Origin: Malacoraja senta
Taxonomy: Eukaryota
Reading direction: 5' to 3'
NCBI GenBank assembly: GCA_038087875.1
Contig: CM075997.1
Coordinates: forward strand, 4,838,001 to 4,902,000
Length of the DNA stretch: 64,000 nucleotides
This document shows positions 24,073 through 38,244 of the stretch, in pieces; the first letter of the stretch is position 1; every line of letters begins with the position of its first letter. Both the position numbers and the translations under genes were made by a program. The notes beneath the pieces were generated by a model that did no database searches, was not told the DNA's origin, and saw only the letters and a list, made by a program, of their open reading frames with translations.

Positions 24073-25446
24073 TTAGATTTAGCTCTTAGGGCTAACAGAA
24101 TCAAGGGATGTGAGGAGAAAGCAGGAACGGGGTACTGATTTTGGATGATCAGCCATGATCACATTGAATGGTGGTGCTGGCTGGATGGGCCGAATGGCAC
24201 CTATTTTCCATGCTTCTATGTGGGACAGTGTAGAACTAGTGTGAACAGGTGATCAATGGTCAGCACGGACTCAGTGGGACGAAGGGCCTGTATCCATGCT
24301 GAGTCTTTCAATTAATCAATCAATCAATTCAAGAGAGTCAAGGGACAAGAGTGGCTGGTGTCCCAGATATAACAATGACATTCTTTCTTGCAGCAGCACA
24401 ACCCAATATGTAGACATAGTACTCTGTAAACACTGTAATTAGTTCATGTTCATAGTTGCTAGGAGCAGAATTTGGCCATTCGGCCCATCAAGTCTACTCC
24501 GCCATTCAATCATGGCTGATCTATCTCTCCCTCCCAACCCCATTCTCCTGCCTTCTTCCCGTAACCCCTGACATACTGACATAATAGAGGAGAAAAAATA
24601 TTCAGTGTGTGTGTATACACATATGAAGAAGGGTTTCGGCCCGAAACGTTGCCTATTTCCTTCACTCCATAGATGCTGCTGCACCCACTGAGTTTCTCCA
24701 GCATTTTTGTGTACCTACACACATATATACATATACACACAATGTGTGTATATTTATATATGTGTGTATATTTATGTATGCATGTATATGTATATATGTG
24801 TGTATATGTATATACGTGTGTCACATAACGAGCCGCTACGATATATCCACGGACTCCTATGGCCTCCTACGGACTCGTTACGAATATTTTGCGAGTTTGA
24901 AACTTGGGAGAATTCGTGAGTAACTCAGGAGAATTCGTGAATAACTCGGGAAAGTGGGACAGGCCCTTTAACGTAGTTCTCTGCAGTACACCACTAATTT
25001 CAATTTGCCACTGACACTTAGTGAAGCAAAGGGGTTTTACCACGGGGTTATAGCACACACCACTGAAGGAATAACTGAGGCTTTACCCTAACATTTACAT
25101 TAGTTAGCATGTACAAGAACCTCTTTCACAAACCTCCAACCACACACTAAAAATCTCTCCAATGTAATTTTGTGCAAAATTCGCAAGCAACCACCGTAGG
25201 CATTTGCTTATTAGCACGAGACCAAAAAAGAGCTCACCAAAGTAATTTATAATACTTCATTCATATTGTAATAATGGGTCTGCACTGATCTGCAAAATAA
25301 ATATATTTTGACAATATTATTATCAAAGTTCACTGAAGCACAAGTCTCGTATTTTCACTCACTCCACTAACATGGGATTAGTGTTCATCACAGTGAAATT
25401 TGACCATGTTGACAAAGGCTTTAGACTTCAGAGTTACAGCGCAGAA

Positions 25447-26395
25447 GGACAAGCTAGATGCAGAAAAAATGTTCCCAATGTTGGGCGAGTCCAGAACCAG
25501 GGGCCACAGTCTTAGAATAAAGGGGAGGCCATTTAAGACTGAGGTGAGAAAAAAACTTTTCACCCAGAGAGTTGTGAATTTGTGGAATTCCCTGCCACAG
25601 AGGCCAAATCACTGGATGGACTTAAGAGAGAGTTAGATAGAGCTCTAGGGGCTAGTGGAATCAAGGGATATGTGGAGGAGGCAGGCACGGGTTATTGACT
25701 GGCGACGAACAGCCATGATCACAATGAATGGCAGTGCTGGCTCACAGGGCCGAATGGCCTCCTCCTGCTCCTATTTTCTTTGTCCTTCTGCAGTTGTACA
25801 GGGCCCTAGTGAGACCACACCTGGAGTATTGTGTGCAGTTTTGGTCCCCTAATTTGAGGAAGGATATTCTTGCTATTGAGAGGGTGCAGCGTAGATTTAC
25901 AAGGTTGATTCCCGGGATGGCGGGACTGTCATATGCTCAGAGAATGGAGCGGCTGGGCTTGTACACTCTGGAGTTTAGAAGGATGAGAGGGAATCTTATT
26001 GAAACATATAAGATTGTTAAGGGTTTGGACACGCTAGAGGCAGGAAACATGCTCCCGATGTTGGGGGAGTCCAGAACCTGGGGCCACAGTTTAAGAATAA
26101 GGGGTTAAGCCATTTAGAACGGAGACGAGGAAACATTTTTTCCCACAGAGAGTGGTGAGTCTGTGGAATTCTCTGCCTCAGAGGGCGGTGGAGGCCAATT
26201 CTCTGGATACTTTCATGAGAGAGCTAGATAGGGCTCTTAAAGATAGTGGAGTCAGGGGATATGGGGAGAAGGCAGGAACGGGGTACTGATTGGGGATGAT
26301 CAGCCATGATCACATTGAATGGTGATGCTGGCTCAAAGGGCCAAATGACCTACTCCTGCACCTATTGTCTATTGTCTATTGTCTACTGTCTATTG
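25447..26395 (+). mobile_element. Two tandem CR1 3' fragments
   Basis: The second fragment encodes LLQLYRALVRPHLEYCVQFWSPNLRKDILAIERVQRRFTRLIPGM and ends in (ctattgt)n. Confidence 0.9.
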
Positions 26396-26789
26396 AGTTC
26401 CACAGATTAACTACCCTCTGACTAAAGAAGTTCCTCAGGGTCCCGACCCGAAACGTTGCCTATTCTTTCTCTCCATAGATGCTGCTGAGTTCCTCCAGCA
26501 TTTTTTGTCTACCTCAGAATTACTTCTCTATTTCTGTATTCCAGTCCTCTTGATATAAATTGAATTTGTCTATTGGAGATACAGTTCAAAAACAGGCCCT
26601 TCGGCCCACCGGCTCCGTACCGGCCAGCGATTCCCGCTCACTAACACCATCCTGCACACACGAAGGACAATTTACAATTTTCCCATGCAATTAACCTAAA
26701 ATCATGTATGTCTTTGGATTGTGAGAGGAAACCGGAACTCGCGGAGAAAACCCGCGCAGGTCACGCGGAGAACGTACAAACTCGGTACA

Positions 26790-27237
26790 GCTGGAGAGGG
26801 TACAGAGCGGATTTACGAGGATGTGGCCAGGACTCGGGGTTCTTGGCTACAGGGAGAGGTTGAGTAGGCTGGGACTGGATTCACTGATTCCATGGAGTGC
26901 AGGAGGATGAGGGGTGATCTTATTGAGATGTATAAAATCATGAGAGTCTCTTGCCCAGAGTAGGTGAATCGAGGACCAGAGGACATAGGTTTAAGGTGAA
27001 GGGGAAAAGATTTAATAGGAATCTGAGGGGTAACTTTTTCACACAAAGAGTGGTGGATGTATGGAACAAGCTGCCAGAGGAGGAAGTTGAGACAGGGACT
27101 ATCCCAACGTTTAAGAAACATTTAGACCGGTACATGGATAGGACGGGTTTGGAGGGATATGGACCAAACGCGGGCAGGCGGGACTAGTGTAGCCGGGACA
27201 TGTGGGCCAGTATGGGCAAGTTGGGCCGAAGGGCCTG
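26790..27237 (+). mobile_element. CR1 3' fragment (GHRFKVKG subfamily)
   Basis: LERVQSGFTRM...GHRFKVKGKRFNRNLRGNFF...GLEGYGPNAGRRD*. Confidence 0.85.
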
Positions 27238-27460
27238 TGACGCAGCAGTAGAGTCGCTGCCTCACAGCGCTAGAGACCCGGCTTCGATCATGACCAAGCT
27301 TACTGTCTATACAGAGTTTGCACGTTCTCCCTGTGACTATGTGGTTTTTCTCCAGGGGCTCTGGTTTCCTCCCACACTCGCACACAAATTTAAAGACGTA
27401 CAGGTTTGTAGGTTAATTGGCTTGGCAAAATTGTAAAATTGTGTGTGGAGGATAGTGTTA

Positions 27461-27849
27461 AGCCCCTGTCCCACTTAGGAGACCTAAGCAGCAACCTCTG
27501 GTGACCTTGCCCGCCACCCAAGGTTTCCATGAGGTCACCGGATGTTTGGTCACTCTCCCTAATGGTCAAAAGTGGTTTCCGCGTGGTCGAGGCTTCATCT
27601 AGGTTGCTGCTATTTTTTCATCATGTTTAAAACCGGCCTCGACTAAAAATAGGTTGCCGTTTTACAAATCGATCATTTTTTAGTCGCAGGTCTAGTCGAA
27701 GCCGGTTTTCTTCATAGTCGAGGAAGGTTTTCAACATATGCGTGGGAGGTGGTAGGAGGTTGCAGGTCACCTCGACCTTGATTTTTTTTTGGGTGGCGGG
27801 CAACGTCAACAGAGGTTGCTGTTTAGGTCTCCTAAGTGGGACAGGGGCT
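27461..27849. mobile_element. PIF/Harbinger-type MITE inserted in a SINE (27238-27930)
   Basis: Long TIRs agcccctgtcccacttaggagacctaa / ttaggtctcctaagtgggacaggggct; TTA TSD. Confidence 0.85.
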
Positions 27850-28562
27850 TTAGGGTACACGGATCGCTGGTCGGCACGGACTCGCTGGGCCTAGGGGGCT
27901 GTTTCTGCGCTGTATCTTTAAACTAAACTAAATTGTGATTCCAGCATCTGCAGTTTCTTGTGTCATTGCCCTGGGATCATTTGTCGAGGAGTCTTTGACA
28001 ACTTTTCTCGAGTTTTGCACCAAAGAAAGACCGGAGGGACAAATTTTCCCCGAGGTACTCTGGCTGAAAAGGGCAACTTACAATCCGTGTTTCTCACTGA
28101 CTGTCTAACAAGTGATAAACTGCAATCCAGCTCTCTTACAGTCGATCCATCAAAGCAGGTTCTGACCTCGCTGTTACCTTTGGAAGCTCAGACATTGTCG
28201 TCCACTGCGCTCCCAGCCACGTTGCAAATCACCGAATGCCGCCCTGTAGTGGCGTGGTGGCGCAGCGGTAGAGCTGCTGCCTCACAGCGCCAGAGACCCG
28301 GGTTCGATCCTGACCACGGGTGCTGACTGCAGGGAGCTTGTACGTTCTCCCCGTGACCTGCGTGGGTTTTCTCCGAGATCTTCGGTGTCCTCCCACACTC
28401 CAAAGACGTACAGATTTGTAGATTAATTAGCTTCAGTAAACTTGTAAATTGTCCCTGCTGTACGCGAAATAGTGACAGTGTGTTGGGATCGCCAGTCGGC
28501 ACGGATGCAGTGGGCCGAAGGACCTGTTTCTGTGCTGTGTCTATAAAGTCCAAAGTCTGAGG

Positions 28563-29345
28563 CAGGGGTGGGGAACCTGCGGCCTTAAGGCTGCATGCAG
28601 CCTTAAGGCCATTAAGTGCGGCCTTTTCAATGAATCCTAATTTTGTAGAACAAATCCTTTTATTTTTATCAATATGATTTTGTCCGTCTTAGAAACATAG
28701 AAACTTAGAAAATAGGTGCAGGAGGAGGCCATTCAGCCTTCGAGCCAGCACCGCCATTCATTGTGATCATGGCTGATCGTCCCCAATCAATAACCCGTGC
28801 CTGCCTTCTCCCCATATCCCTTGATTCCACTAGCCCTTAGAGCTCTAAATCCATCCAGTGATTTGGCCTCCACTGCCCTCTGTGGCAGGGAATTCCCCAA
28901 ATTCACAACTCTCTGGGTGAAAACGTTTTTTCTCACCTCAGTCTTAAATGGCCTCCCCTTTATTCTAAGACTGTGGCCCCTGGTTCTGGTCTCGCCCAAC
29001 ATTGGGAACATTTTTTCTGCATCTGGCTTGTACAGTCCTTTTATAATTTTATATATTTCTATAAGATACCCCCTCATCCTTCTAAGCTCCAGTGAATACA
29101 AGCCTAGTCTTTTATTACTTTTATTTTAATCTTAAAATGAACGTATTTAAAATACCAAAGAGTAAAAGAAGATTCAACAAACTAATCCTCCACGACTGAC
29201 GGCCACAATTAAAACATTAATAAGTCATGTGGGCTATTTTAACAAAATAACGTACATTTATCTAATTGAAGTTTCGTAGATGCGGCCTTAATAGATTACA
29301 GCTAACTTAATGCGGCATTCCAACATGAAAAGTTCCCCACCCCTG
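28563..29345. mobile_element. hAT-type MITE with nested antisense CR1 fragment (about 28690-29110)
   Basis: 14-bp TIRs caggggtggggaac / gttccccacccctg; flanks share tctgag (imperfect TSD). Confidence 0.7.
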
Positions 29346-29849
29346 GCTCTGAGATATAACGTCAGGAGAAAAGGAGTAGGTAGCGTTTCAGCTCGAGACC
29401 CTTCTTCAGACCTGAAACGCCCCCTAGACCACATTCTCCAGAGATGTTGCCTGACCCGCTGAGTTACTCCAGCTTTTTGTGTCCACCTTCAGTTTAAGCC
29501 AACATCTGCAGTTCCTTCTTACAGAAGGGAAATCTCCCTTCCCCTCTTCTCCGTTACCTTCATATTTACTGCTGATGTATGGATTTTTAGCAAGGTAACA
29601 TTCCATTGATATTGGACGTAGGCCAAGGGAAGGAGATGTTTTGCCAGGAATTCAACATTTAATGCACAGCCTGTTGCCAAGATCATTAAGCTGGGTGTAC
29701 ACACTGATACACTTAGCATGAGCCCAAAGGCCACTAATGGCCTCAGCATTTTCTTGTTCGATTGAAGATGGGTTCAAGACTGGAGCCACCTCAGCAAGGA
29801 GTCTGGGCAGCCCCCGAGGGGCACGCCCTCTCCAACTCTCCCCAACTCC

Positions 29850-30530
29850 TACAGATGCGCCGGAGAAAGCATTTTATCGGGATGCGTCACCGCTTGGTTT
29901 GGGAACGGATTCATCCAAGACCGCCAGAAATTATCAACGGATTGTGGACGCAGCCCAGACCATCACACAAACCAACCATTGACTGCATCTAGTCAAGTCA
30001 AGTCAAGTCAAGTCAAGTCACTTTTATTTCTATAGCACATTTAAAAAACAACTCTCGTTGGCCAAAGTGCTTTACATTGGTGGAGGTACTAACGTTATAC
30101 AACAGTGGTTCATAGATTAAATACACCTCACCTCACGCCTCACGCTGCCTCGGCAAGGCCAGCAGCATAATCAAGGACCAGTCGCACCCTGGCCACTCCC
30201 TCTTCTCCCCTCTCCCATCGGGCAAAAGGTACAGAAGTGTGAAAACGCACACCTTCAGATTCAGGGACAGTTTCTTCCCCGCTGTTATCAGGCAACTGAA
30301 CCATCCTACCACAACCAGAGAGCAGTGCTGAACTACTATCTACCTCACTGGTGACCCTCGGACTATCTTTGATCGGACTTTGCTGGCTTTACCTTGCACT
30401 AAACGTTATTCCCTTATCATGTATCTGTACACCGTAAATGGCTCGATTGTAATCATGTATTGTCTTCCCGCTGACTGGTTAGCACGCAACAAAAGCTTTT
30501 CACTGTGCCTCGGTACACGTGACATAAACT
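29850..30530 (+). mobile_element. Rex1/Babar-like LINE 3' fragment, interrupted near 29990-30120
   Basis: YRCAGESILSGCVTAWFG...QRIVDAAQTITQT...RCLGKASSIIKDQSHPGHSLFSPLPSGKRYRSVKTHTFRFRDSFFPAVIRQLN. Confidence 0.75.
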
Positions 30531-31475
30531 GAGCTAAAATGCAGCACAGGTCCAGGTGCAGTAGAATTGACTACCTTAGCAAATTATCAGCAAATTAACA
30601 GAGAGAAACACTTCACCAGTGATTTCACACTAAATTCACAGGGACCTGAGATCACAGGATCTTGGGGGTGGGGGAGTGGGGGGGGGGGGGGAATTCGAAG
30701 GATTACAAAACCCAGGATTGCCAAGATAGCTGAACGATATCCACAAAGGTTTTAGATTTGTGTACTAATGCTGGGCTGAAAGAAACAAGGAGCAAATCTA
30801 CTTTGAATTTTAAGTTGCTTCAACTAAAGCCAGATTTGTTATGGTTTTCATTATTTGATAATGGTATTTTATCTGTTGAATGCATAACCACAGGCTTTAA
30901 TGTAGAACAGTTTAGATCTTATTTAAATGTAGATATTTATTACTGCTCCCAGGCATCGGTTATAAATCTGTCAGCCTCACAGATTCCAGCCTATTTTCAA
31001 GTTGGAATAAAGGATGTGATTTTCAGGCCATGAACATTTGTAACTGGGGGAGATTGGCTTGTCGGCAGGGCTTCACCTGCTCTGAGATGTGTGGGTTGTA
31101 GGTGTGTGACAATTAGGAGACCTTGGGCCTAGTGAAGTGTAGCCTGTTGGAGTTGCTGCCTCACAGCGCCAGAGACCCAGATTCGATCCCAACCACGGGT
31201 GTTGTCTGTACGGAGTTAATGCGTTTTCTCCGTGACCTGCGTGGGTTTTCTCCGGGTGCTCCGGTTTCCTCCCACACTCCAAAGACGTACATGTTTTTTA
31301 AAATTGCCTTGGTAAAATTGTAAATTGTCTCTAGGATAGAGACTCACACTATCCTACATTGTGTGTAGGATAGTGTGAGTGTGCGGGGATCGGTGGTAGG
31401 CACGGACTCGGTGGGCCAAAGGGCCTGCGTCAGCGCTGTTTCTCTAAACTGAATTAAACTAAAATGCATAGGAGA

Positions 31476-32130
31476 TAATAGACAATAGACAATAGACAAT
31501 AGGTGCAGGAGTAGGCCATTCAGCCCTTCGAGCCATTCAAAGTGATCATGGCTGATCATCCCCAATCAGTACCCCGTTCCTGCCTTCTCCCCATATCCCC
31601 TGACTCCGCTATTTTTAAGAACCCTATCTAGCTCTCTCTTGAAAGCATCCAGAGAACCGGCCTCCACCGCCCTCTGAGGCAGAGAATTCCACAGACTCAC
31701 AACTCTCTGTGAGAAAAAGTGTTTCCTCGTCTCCGTTCTAAATGGCTCACCCCTTATTCTTAAACTGTGGCCCCTGGTTCTGGACTCCCCCAACATCGGG
31801 AACATGTTTACTGCCTCTAGCGTGTCCAAACCCTTAACAATCTTATATGTGTCAATAAGATCCCCTCTCATCCTTCTAAACTCCAGAGTGTACAAGCCCA
31901 GCTGCTCCATTCTCTCAGCATATGACAGTCCCGCCATCCCGGGAATTAACCTTGTAAACCTACGCTGCACTCCCTCAATAGCAAGAATGTCCTTCCTCAA
32001 ATTAGGGGACCAAAACTGCACACAATACTCCAGGTGTGGTCTCACTAGGGCCCTGTACAACTGCAGAAGGACCTCTTTGTTCCTATACTCGACTCCTCTG
32101 TTTATAAAGGCCAACATGCCATTCACTTTC
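31476..32130 (-). mobile_element. CR1 3' fragment with the longest open ORF2 remnant (189 aa)
   Basis: ORF 31566-32135: NGMLAFINRGVEYRNKEVLLQLYRALVRPHLEYCVQFWSP...GYGEKAGTGY*. Confidence 0.9.
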
Positions 32131-32209
32131 TTCAAGACATCTTACAGTACATTGGCCACCATCAGTCATGGTATTGAGTATGGAAGTTGGGATGTTGTGT
32201 TACAAGATG

Positions 32210-32520
32210 TTTAGTTTAGAGATACAGCGTGGAAACAGGCCCTCTGGCCCACCGGGTCCGCGCCGACCAGCGATCCCCGCACACTAACACTATCCTACAC
32301 ACACTAGGGACAATTTACATTTACACCAAGCCAATTAACCTACAAACCTGCACGTCTTTGGAGTGTGGGAGAAAACTGAAGATCTTGGAGAAAACCTACG
32401 CGTGACCTACGCAGGTCATGGGGTGAACGTGCAAACTCCGTACAGACAGCACCTGTGGACAGGATCGAACCCGGGTCTCTGGTGCTGTGAGGCAGCAACT
32501 CTACCGCTGCACCACCGTAC
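32210..32520 (-). mobile_element. tRNA-V SINE
   Basis: Consensus match, reverse strand. Confidence 0.85.
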
Positions 32521-33749
32521 CACCCGTGAAGTGTTATACAGCAGAGGGATCTAGGAGTGCAGGTACATTGTTCCCTGAGCGTAGCGTGACAGGTAGATAG
32601 GTTGGTTAATGATACGTCTAAGGTCAATACATTGGTCAATGGTCTATTGTCTATTGTCTATTGATTGGGGATGGACGGAGAGAGAGGGGTTACTGGAGCT
32701 TACAGAAGTCAGTACTGTTACCGCTGGGGTTGTAAGCTGCCCAAGCGAAATATATGGGGTGCTGTTCCTCCAATTTGTGCTGGGCCTCACTCTGTCAGTG
32801 GAGAAGGCCCAGGACAGAAAGGTCAGTGTGGGAATGGGAGGGGGAGTTAAAGCCGAAGGGAAATCGCGTAGGCCCAGGCGGACTGAGTGAAGGTTTTCAG
32901 TCAGGCAACCGGGAGATAATCAAGGAAATATGCTTTTTGCATATCTTCCATTCATTTACCCTTAGGTACCATCTCTATCTCTCCTTCCCCTTTCATAGGC
33001 CATAAGATCATATGTGATAGGAGCAGAATTAGGCCATTCGGCCCATTGTCTACTCCGCCATTCAATCATGGCTGATCTATCTCTCCTCCTAACCCCATTC
33101 TCCTGCCTTCTCCCCATAACCTTCGACACCCGCACTAATCAAGAATCTATCTATCTCCTCCTTTAAAATAGCCACTGACTGGGCCTCCGCAGATTTCTGT
33201 GGCAAAGAATTCCACAGATTCACCACTCGCTGACTTTCAGTCTGAAGAAGGGTCTCGACCCGAAAAGTCGCCTTTTCCTTCTCCCCAGAGATGCTGCCTG
33301 ACCCGCTGGGTTACTCCAGCTTTTTGTGGCTGTCTTCAGTTTAAACCATCCGCAGTTCCTTCCTACTCATTTCATTTCAATCGGAAGTCAGTCACACAGT
33401 GACCAGCTGGGTTAAGTACGAAGGTCAACCCCCCTGAATGTAAAAATACTCAATAAACAGAGGATTTTTCTTTCCCCTTGCAATGTGATCAAAGTGAAGA
33501 ATCCCAAAGACGTAAATTCCTTTGGGTTAAAAGGGCGTTCAAAATACATTGACATTGCTAAGCTCTATTTAGTTTCTACTGAAGATCTTCCTAGAACCAG
33601 CATTGTGCCTTGTTCAACATGGGTGGCACAGCGGTACAGCACGGAAACAGGCCCTTCGGCCCACCGAGTCCACACCGACCAGCGATCCCCACACATTAAC
33701 ACTATCCTACACACACTGGGGACAATTTACACATACACCAAGCTGCAAA

Positions 33750-33978
33750 CCTAAGATAGACACAAAAAGCTGGAGTAACTCAGCGGGACAGGCAGCAGCT
33801 CTGGAGAGAAGGAATGGGTGACGTTTCAGGTCGAGACCCTTCTTCAGACTGGTTAGGGATCCCAAACCTGAAGAAGGGTCTTGACCCGAAACGTCACCCA
33901 TTCCTTCTCTCCAGAGATGCTGCCTGTCCCGCTGAGTTACTCCAGCATTTTGTGTCTATCTTTGGTTTAAACCAGCAC
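33750..33978. mobile_element. Penelope-derived inverted repeat nested in a minus-strand SINE (33640-34160)
   Basis: Two complementary arms around a short spacer; hammerhead-like core at 33868-33895. Confidence 0.75.
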
Positions 33979-34450
33979 GCACACATTTAACCCACAAATC
34001 TACACGTCTTTGGGGTGTGGGAGGAAACCGAAGATCTCGGTGAAAACCCAGGTAGGTCAGGGAGAGAACGTGCAAACTCCGTACAGACAGCACCCGTAGT
34101 CAGGATTGAACTCGGAACCCTTGCGCTGTAAGGCAGCAACTCTACCGCTGCGCCACTCTGCCCTGCCTGGGTTGTGGGATCTTGTGAGTGATAAATCTTA
34201 GCTTGGGCAGGGAAATATATATTGCAGGGAAATCTGGATAATTGGGGCTGAAGGGATCGCTTGAGATGTGGAGTAGAACAGGAGAGAAGAACAGATTTCT
34301 CTGTCATCGAGAAATCTTCCAAATCGCATGCCTCAGTGACGACAGATATGGATAATCAACACATTGTTCACCATGAAGGTTGAAGTTGGACACGGTGTTA
34401 CCAAGGAGACCCTTTGTTGGTTGGCATGTATACATAGAACAACAGTAACA

Positions 34451-34755
34451 GGGTGGCACGGTGGTGCAGCGTTAGAGTTCCTGCCTCACAGCGCCAGAGA
34501 CCCGGGTTCGATCCTGACTACGGATGCTGTCTGTACGGAGTTTGTACTTTTCTCCCCGTGACCTGCGTGGGGTTTCTCCGAGATCTCCGGTTTCCTCCCA
34601 CACGTACAGGTTTGCAGGTTAATTGGCTTGGTGTAAATGTAAATTGTCCCTAGTGTGTGTAGGATAGTGTTAGTGTGCGGGGATCGCTGGTCGGTGCGGA
34701 CTGGGTGGGCTGAAGGGCCTGTTTCCGCGCTGTATCTCTAAACTAAATAAACTAA
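34451..34755 (+). mobile_element. tRNA-V SINE
   Basis: Consensus match. Confidence 0.85.
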
Positions 34756-36192
34756 AAAGGCCCTTCAGCTCGAAATGTTCATGCCAATCATGATGCCAAT
34801 CCCCTCTGCCTGCACGTGATCCATATCCCTCCATTTTCAGTAGAAGGAACTGTAGATGCTGGTTTACATCGAAGATAGACTCAAAATGGTGGAGTAACTC
34901 AGCGGGACAGGCAGCATCTCTGGTGAGAAGGAATGAGTGACATTTCGGGTCGGTCTGAAGAAGGGTCTTGACTCGATACGTCACCCATTCCTTCTCTCCA
35001 GGGATGCTACCTGTCCTGCTGAGTTACTCCAGCATTTTGTATCCAACATAAATCTAGGCAACTGTTGCTGTAATGAATGACTATGTTACACTGGTCAGAC
35101 AATCAGTTCACTTTATCGAGGTACAGTGAAAAGCTTTTGTTGCGTGCTAACCAGTCAGCGGAAAGACAATACATGATTACAATCGAGCCAGCCACGGTAA
35201 GGGAATAACGTTTAGTGCAAGGTAAAGCCAGCAAAGTCCAATCAAAGATAGTCCGAGGGTCACCAATGAGGTAGATAGTAATTCAAGACTGCTCTCTGGT
35301 TGTGGTAGGATGGTTCAGTTGCCTGATAACAGCTGGGAAGAAACTGTCCCTGAACCTGGAGTCACATCAGTCTGAAAGTCTCGACCCGAAACGTCACCTA
35401 TTCCTTCGCTCTATAGATGCTGCCTCACCCACTGAGTTTCTACAGCATTTTTGTCTACCTTCTGGATCTGGAGGTGTGCGTTTTCACACCACGAGACAGA
35501 GTTACTAATGCCTCACTGATGAGTTACTCCAGCACTTTGTGTCTATCTTTGGTATAAACTACCATCTGCAGTTCCTTGTCATTACATGTCACACTAAAAC
35601 AGCTTAGCCTCTGAGTTTAGATTGCCGCATGTTTAGCATTCAAACCAGTCACCTGATGCACAGTAAGTATTCGGATTCGGAGACAGTTTCTTCCCAGCTG
35701 TTATCAGGCGACTGAATCATCCTACCACAACCACAGAGCGTTCCTGGCCTACTCGATACCTCAATGGTGACACTTAGACTATCTTTAATCAGACTTTACT
35801 GGAATTTATCTTGCATTGAACGTTATTGCCTTTATCCATGTATCTGTACACTGTGGATGGCTCGATTGTAATCATGTATTGTCTTTCTAGACAAAATTGC
35901 TGGAGAAACTCAGCGTGTGCGGCAGCATCTATGGAGCGAAGGAAATAGGCAACGTTTCGGGCTGAAACCCTTCTTCAGACTGGTTTCGGCCCGAAACGTT
36001 GCCTATTTCCTTCGCTCCATAGATGCTGCCTCACCCGCTGAGTTTCTCCAGCATTTCTGTCTACATACGATTCTCCAGCATCTACAGTTCCTTCTTGAAC
36101 ATGTATTGTCTTTCTGCTGACTGGTTAGCACGCAACAAAAGCTGTACATTGTACCTCGGTACACGTGACAATAAACTAAAGTGAAGTCGTTT

Positions 36193-36507
36193 GGGCGGCA
36201 CGGTGGCGCAGCGGTAGAGTTGCTGCCTCACAGCGCCAGAGACCCAGGTTCGATCCCGACTACGGGTGCTGTCTGTACGGAGTTTGTACATTCTCCCCTT
36301 GACCTGCGTGGGTTTTCTCTGAGATCTTCGGTTTCCTCCCACACTCCAAAGACGTGCAGGTTTGTAGGTTAATTGGCTTCGTACAAAATGTAAATTGTCC
36401 CTAGTGTGTGTAGGATAGTGTTAGTGTGCGGGGATCGCTGGTCGGCGCGGACTCGGTGGGCTGAAGGGCCTGTTTCCACACTGTATCTCTAAACTAAACT
36501 AAACTAA
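36193..36507 (+). mobile_element. Full-length tRNA-V SINE
   Basis: Runs from gggcggcacggtggcgcagcgg to the (ctaaa)n tail. Confidence 0.9.
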
Positions 36508-36599
36508 AACAAAACTATAGCACTCAAGCGAACGATGCAACCAAATGCAACCTACACGTAGCTCTGGATGTTTAGGTTTCTTATTCTCATGTTTTAATT

Positions 36600-36914
36600 T
36601 TGTTTAGTTTAGTTTACAGATAGAGCGCGGACACAGGCCCTTCGGCCCACCGAGTCTGCACTGACCAGCGATCCCCGCACATTATCCGACACACACTAGG
36701 GACAATTTGCATTGATACCAACCCAATTAACCTACAAACTTGTACGTCTTTGGAGTGTGGGAGGAAACCGAAGATCTCGGAGAAAACCCACGCGGGTCAC
36801 GGGGAGAACGTACAAACTCCGTACAGACAGCACCCGTAGTCGGGATTGAACCCGGGTCTCCGGTGCTGCAAGCGCTGTAAGGCAGCAACTCTACCGCTGC
36901 GCCACCATGTTGCC
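36600..36914 (-). mobile_element. tRNA-V SINE
   Basis: Consensus match, reverse strand. Confidence 0.85.
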
Positions 36915-37524
36915 TCTTCACCTCACTGAAGTACAGTGAAATACAATCAAGGCAAACAAACAGTACAATAGGTCGAGTGAAGGGGAAGATACAGAGTGTA
37001 GAATATTGGGCAACGAGACGAAGATGAGATGAGCCCGTGTAGAAAGGCGGAAAGAAAGGTGTAGAGAGATGTCTGCATCGTTTGCTATCAGCAGTGGTGC
37101 TGAAAGTTCTTTAGACAACATTAGATTCGATTTCTTCTAAGAAACCTGATCTGGTAAATAGGCTGCTCACAGCCATGGTTTCAAGGGCACATTTGAAACA
37201 GAATGCGTCGATCTATTTCCAGAGTTAAGCTGTTTACCAGTGCGATATTGAACTGGGACTGGGAGGAAAAAAAAACAGGTCTCACCACGGCCCACAAGCC
37301 CAACGCGGTGAAAGATGGTCGGTGGAAGAGAAAGCGAAAGTGGCGTTTGCGACCATAAAAGACGCCGGCAGAGAGAAGGCCGGCAAAACGTAGACGTTAG
37401 TGGCCATAACTCACAAAGGATGTGCTTTGTAATCAGTTTGGATTCCAGGAATATTAGCAAGGCTATTAAAAGGAGAGTACTGCAAGTCCTGAACTTCTTT
37501 GGGAAGGATGATATGATCTACGAT

Positions 37525-37822
37525 TTAGTTTGGCGATACAGCGCAGTAACAGGCCCTTCGGCCCATTGAGTCCGCCCCGACCAGCACACTAACACTATCC
37601 TACATTAGTGACAATTTTTACATAGATATGCCAAGCCAATTAACCGACAAACCTGCACGTCTTTGGAGTGTGGGAGGGAGCCGGAGCACTCGGAGAAAAC
37701 CCACGCAGGTCACGGGGAGAACGTGCAAACTCCACACAGGCAGCACCAGTGGCCGGGATCGAACCCCGGGTCTCTGGCGCTGTAAGCGCTGCAAGGCGGT
37801 AACTCTGCCGCTGCGCCACCGT
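37525..37822 (-). mobile_element. tRNA-V SINE
   Basis: Consensus match, reverse strand. Confidence 0.8.
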
Positions 37823-38244
37823 GTTACTGATGTACTGAGCTGGGTACAGAAATGAATTTCACTGTACCTCGAAATAGTACCTTGTACCAGTTCAAAGTAC
37901 TTCAGCAAATTACGCAAGGCTGGAGATTTTCAATGACTGAATATCCTCACCAACTACCCATCAATGGAGGTGGTTGGGGGGGTGGGGTGGGAGTCCAGGG
38001 GAGGTGGGGTGGGACTCCAGGGGGGTGGGGTGGGAGTCCAGGGGAGGTCTCCATTCCGATTTTGGCGGTATGTTGTATCATCAAAGCATTTGTATGATAT
38101 ACAAGCGTATCAAATCTGTTGAAATGTCAAGGGGTGATACAGCAGGGCACAGTTTGTCATGGGGGGGGGGGTGGATGACTGACTTCGGAGAGTACTTGAA
38201 GTCACTCGAAGAGATAATTTGAAACTTAATGAAGTTTTGGAATT

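Noticed and set aside
31566..32135. 189-aa ORF as a host gene
   Set aside because: It is the CR1 ORF2 C-terminus, 5'-truncated and lacking the RT core.
36193..36265. tRNA gene
   Set aside because: tRNA-like head of a SINE that continues into the V-domain and LINE-derived tail; the same applies to all copies.
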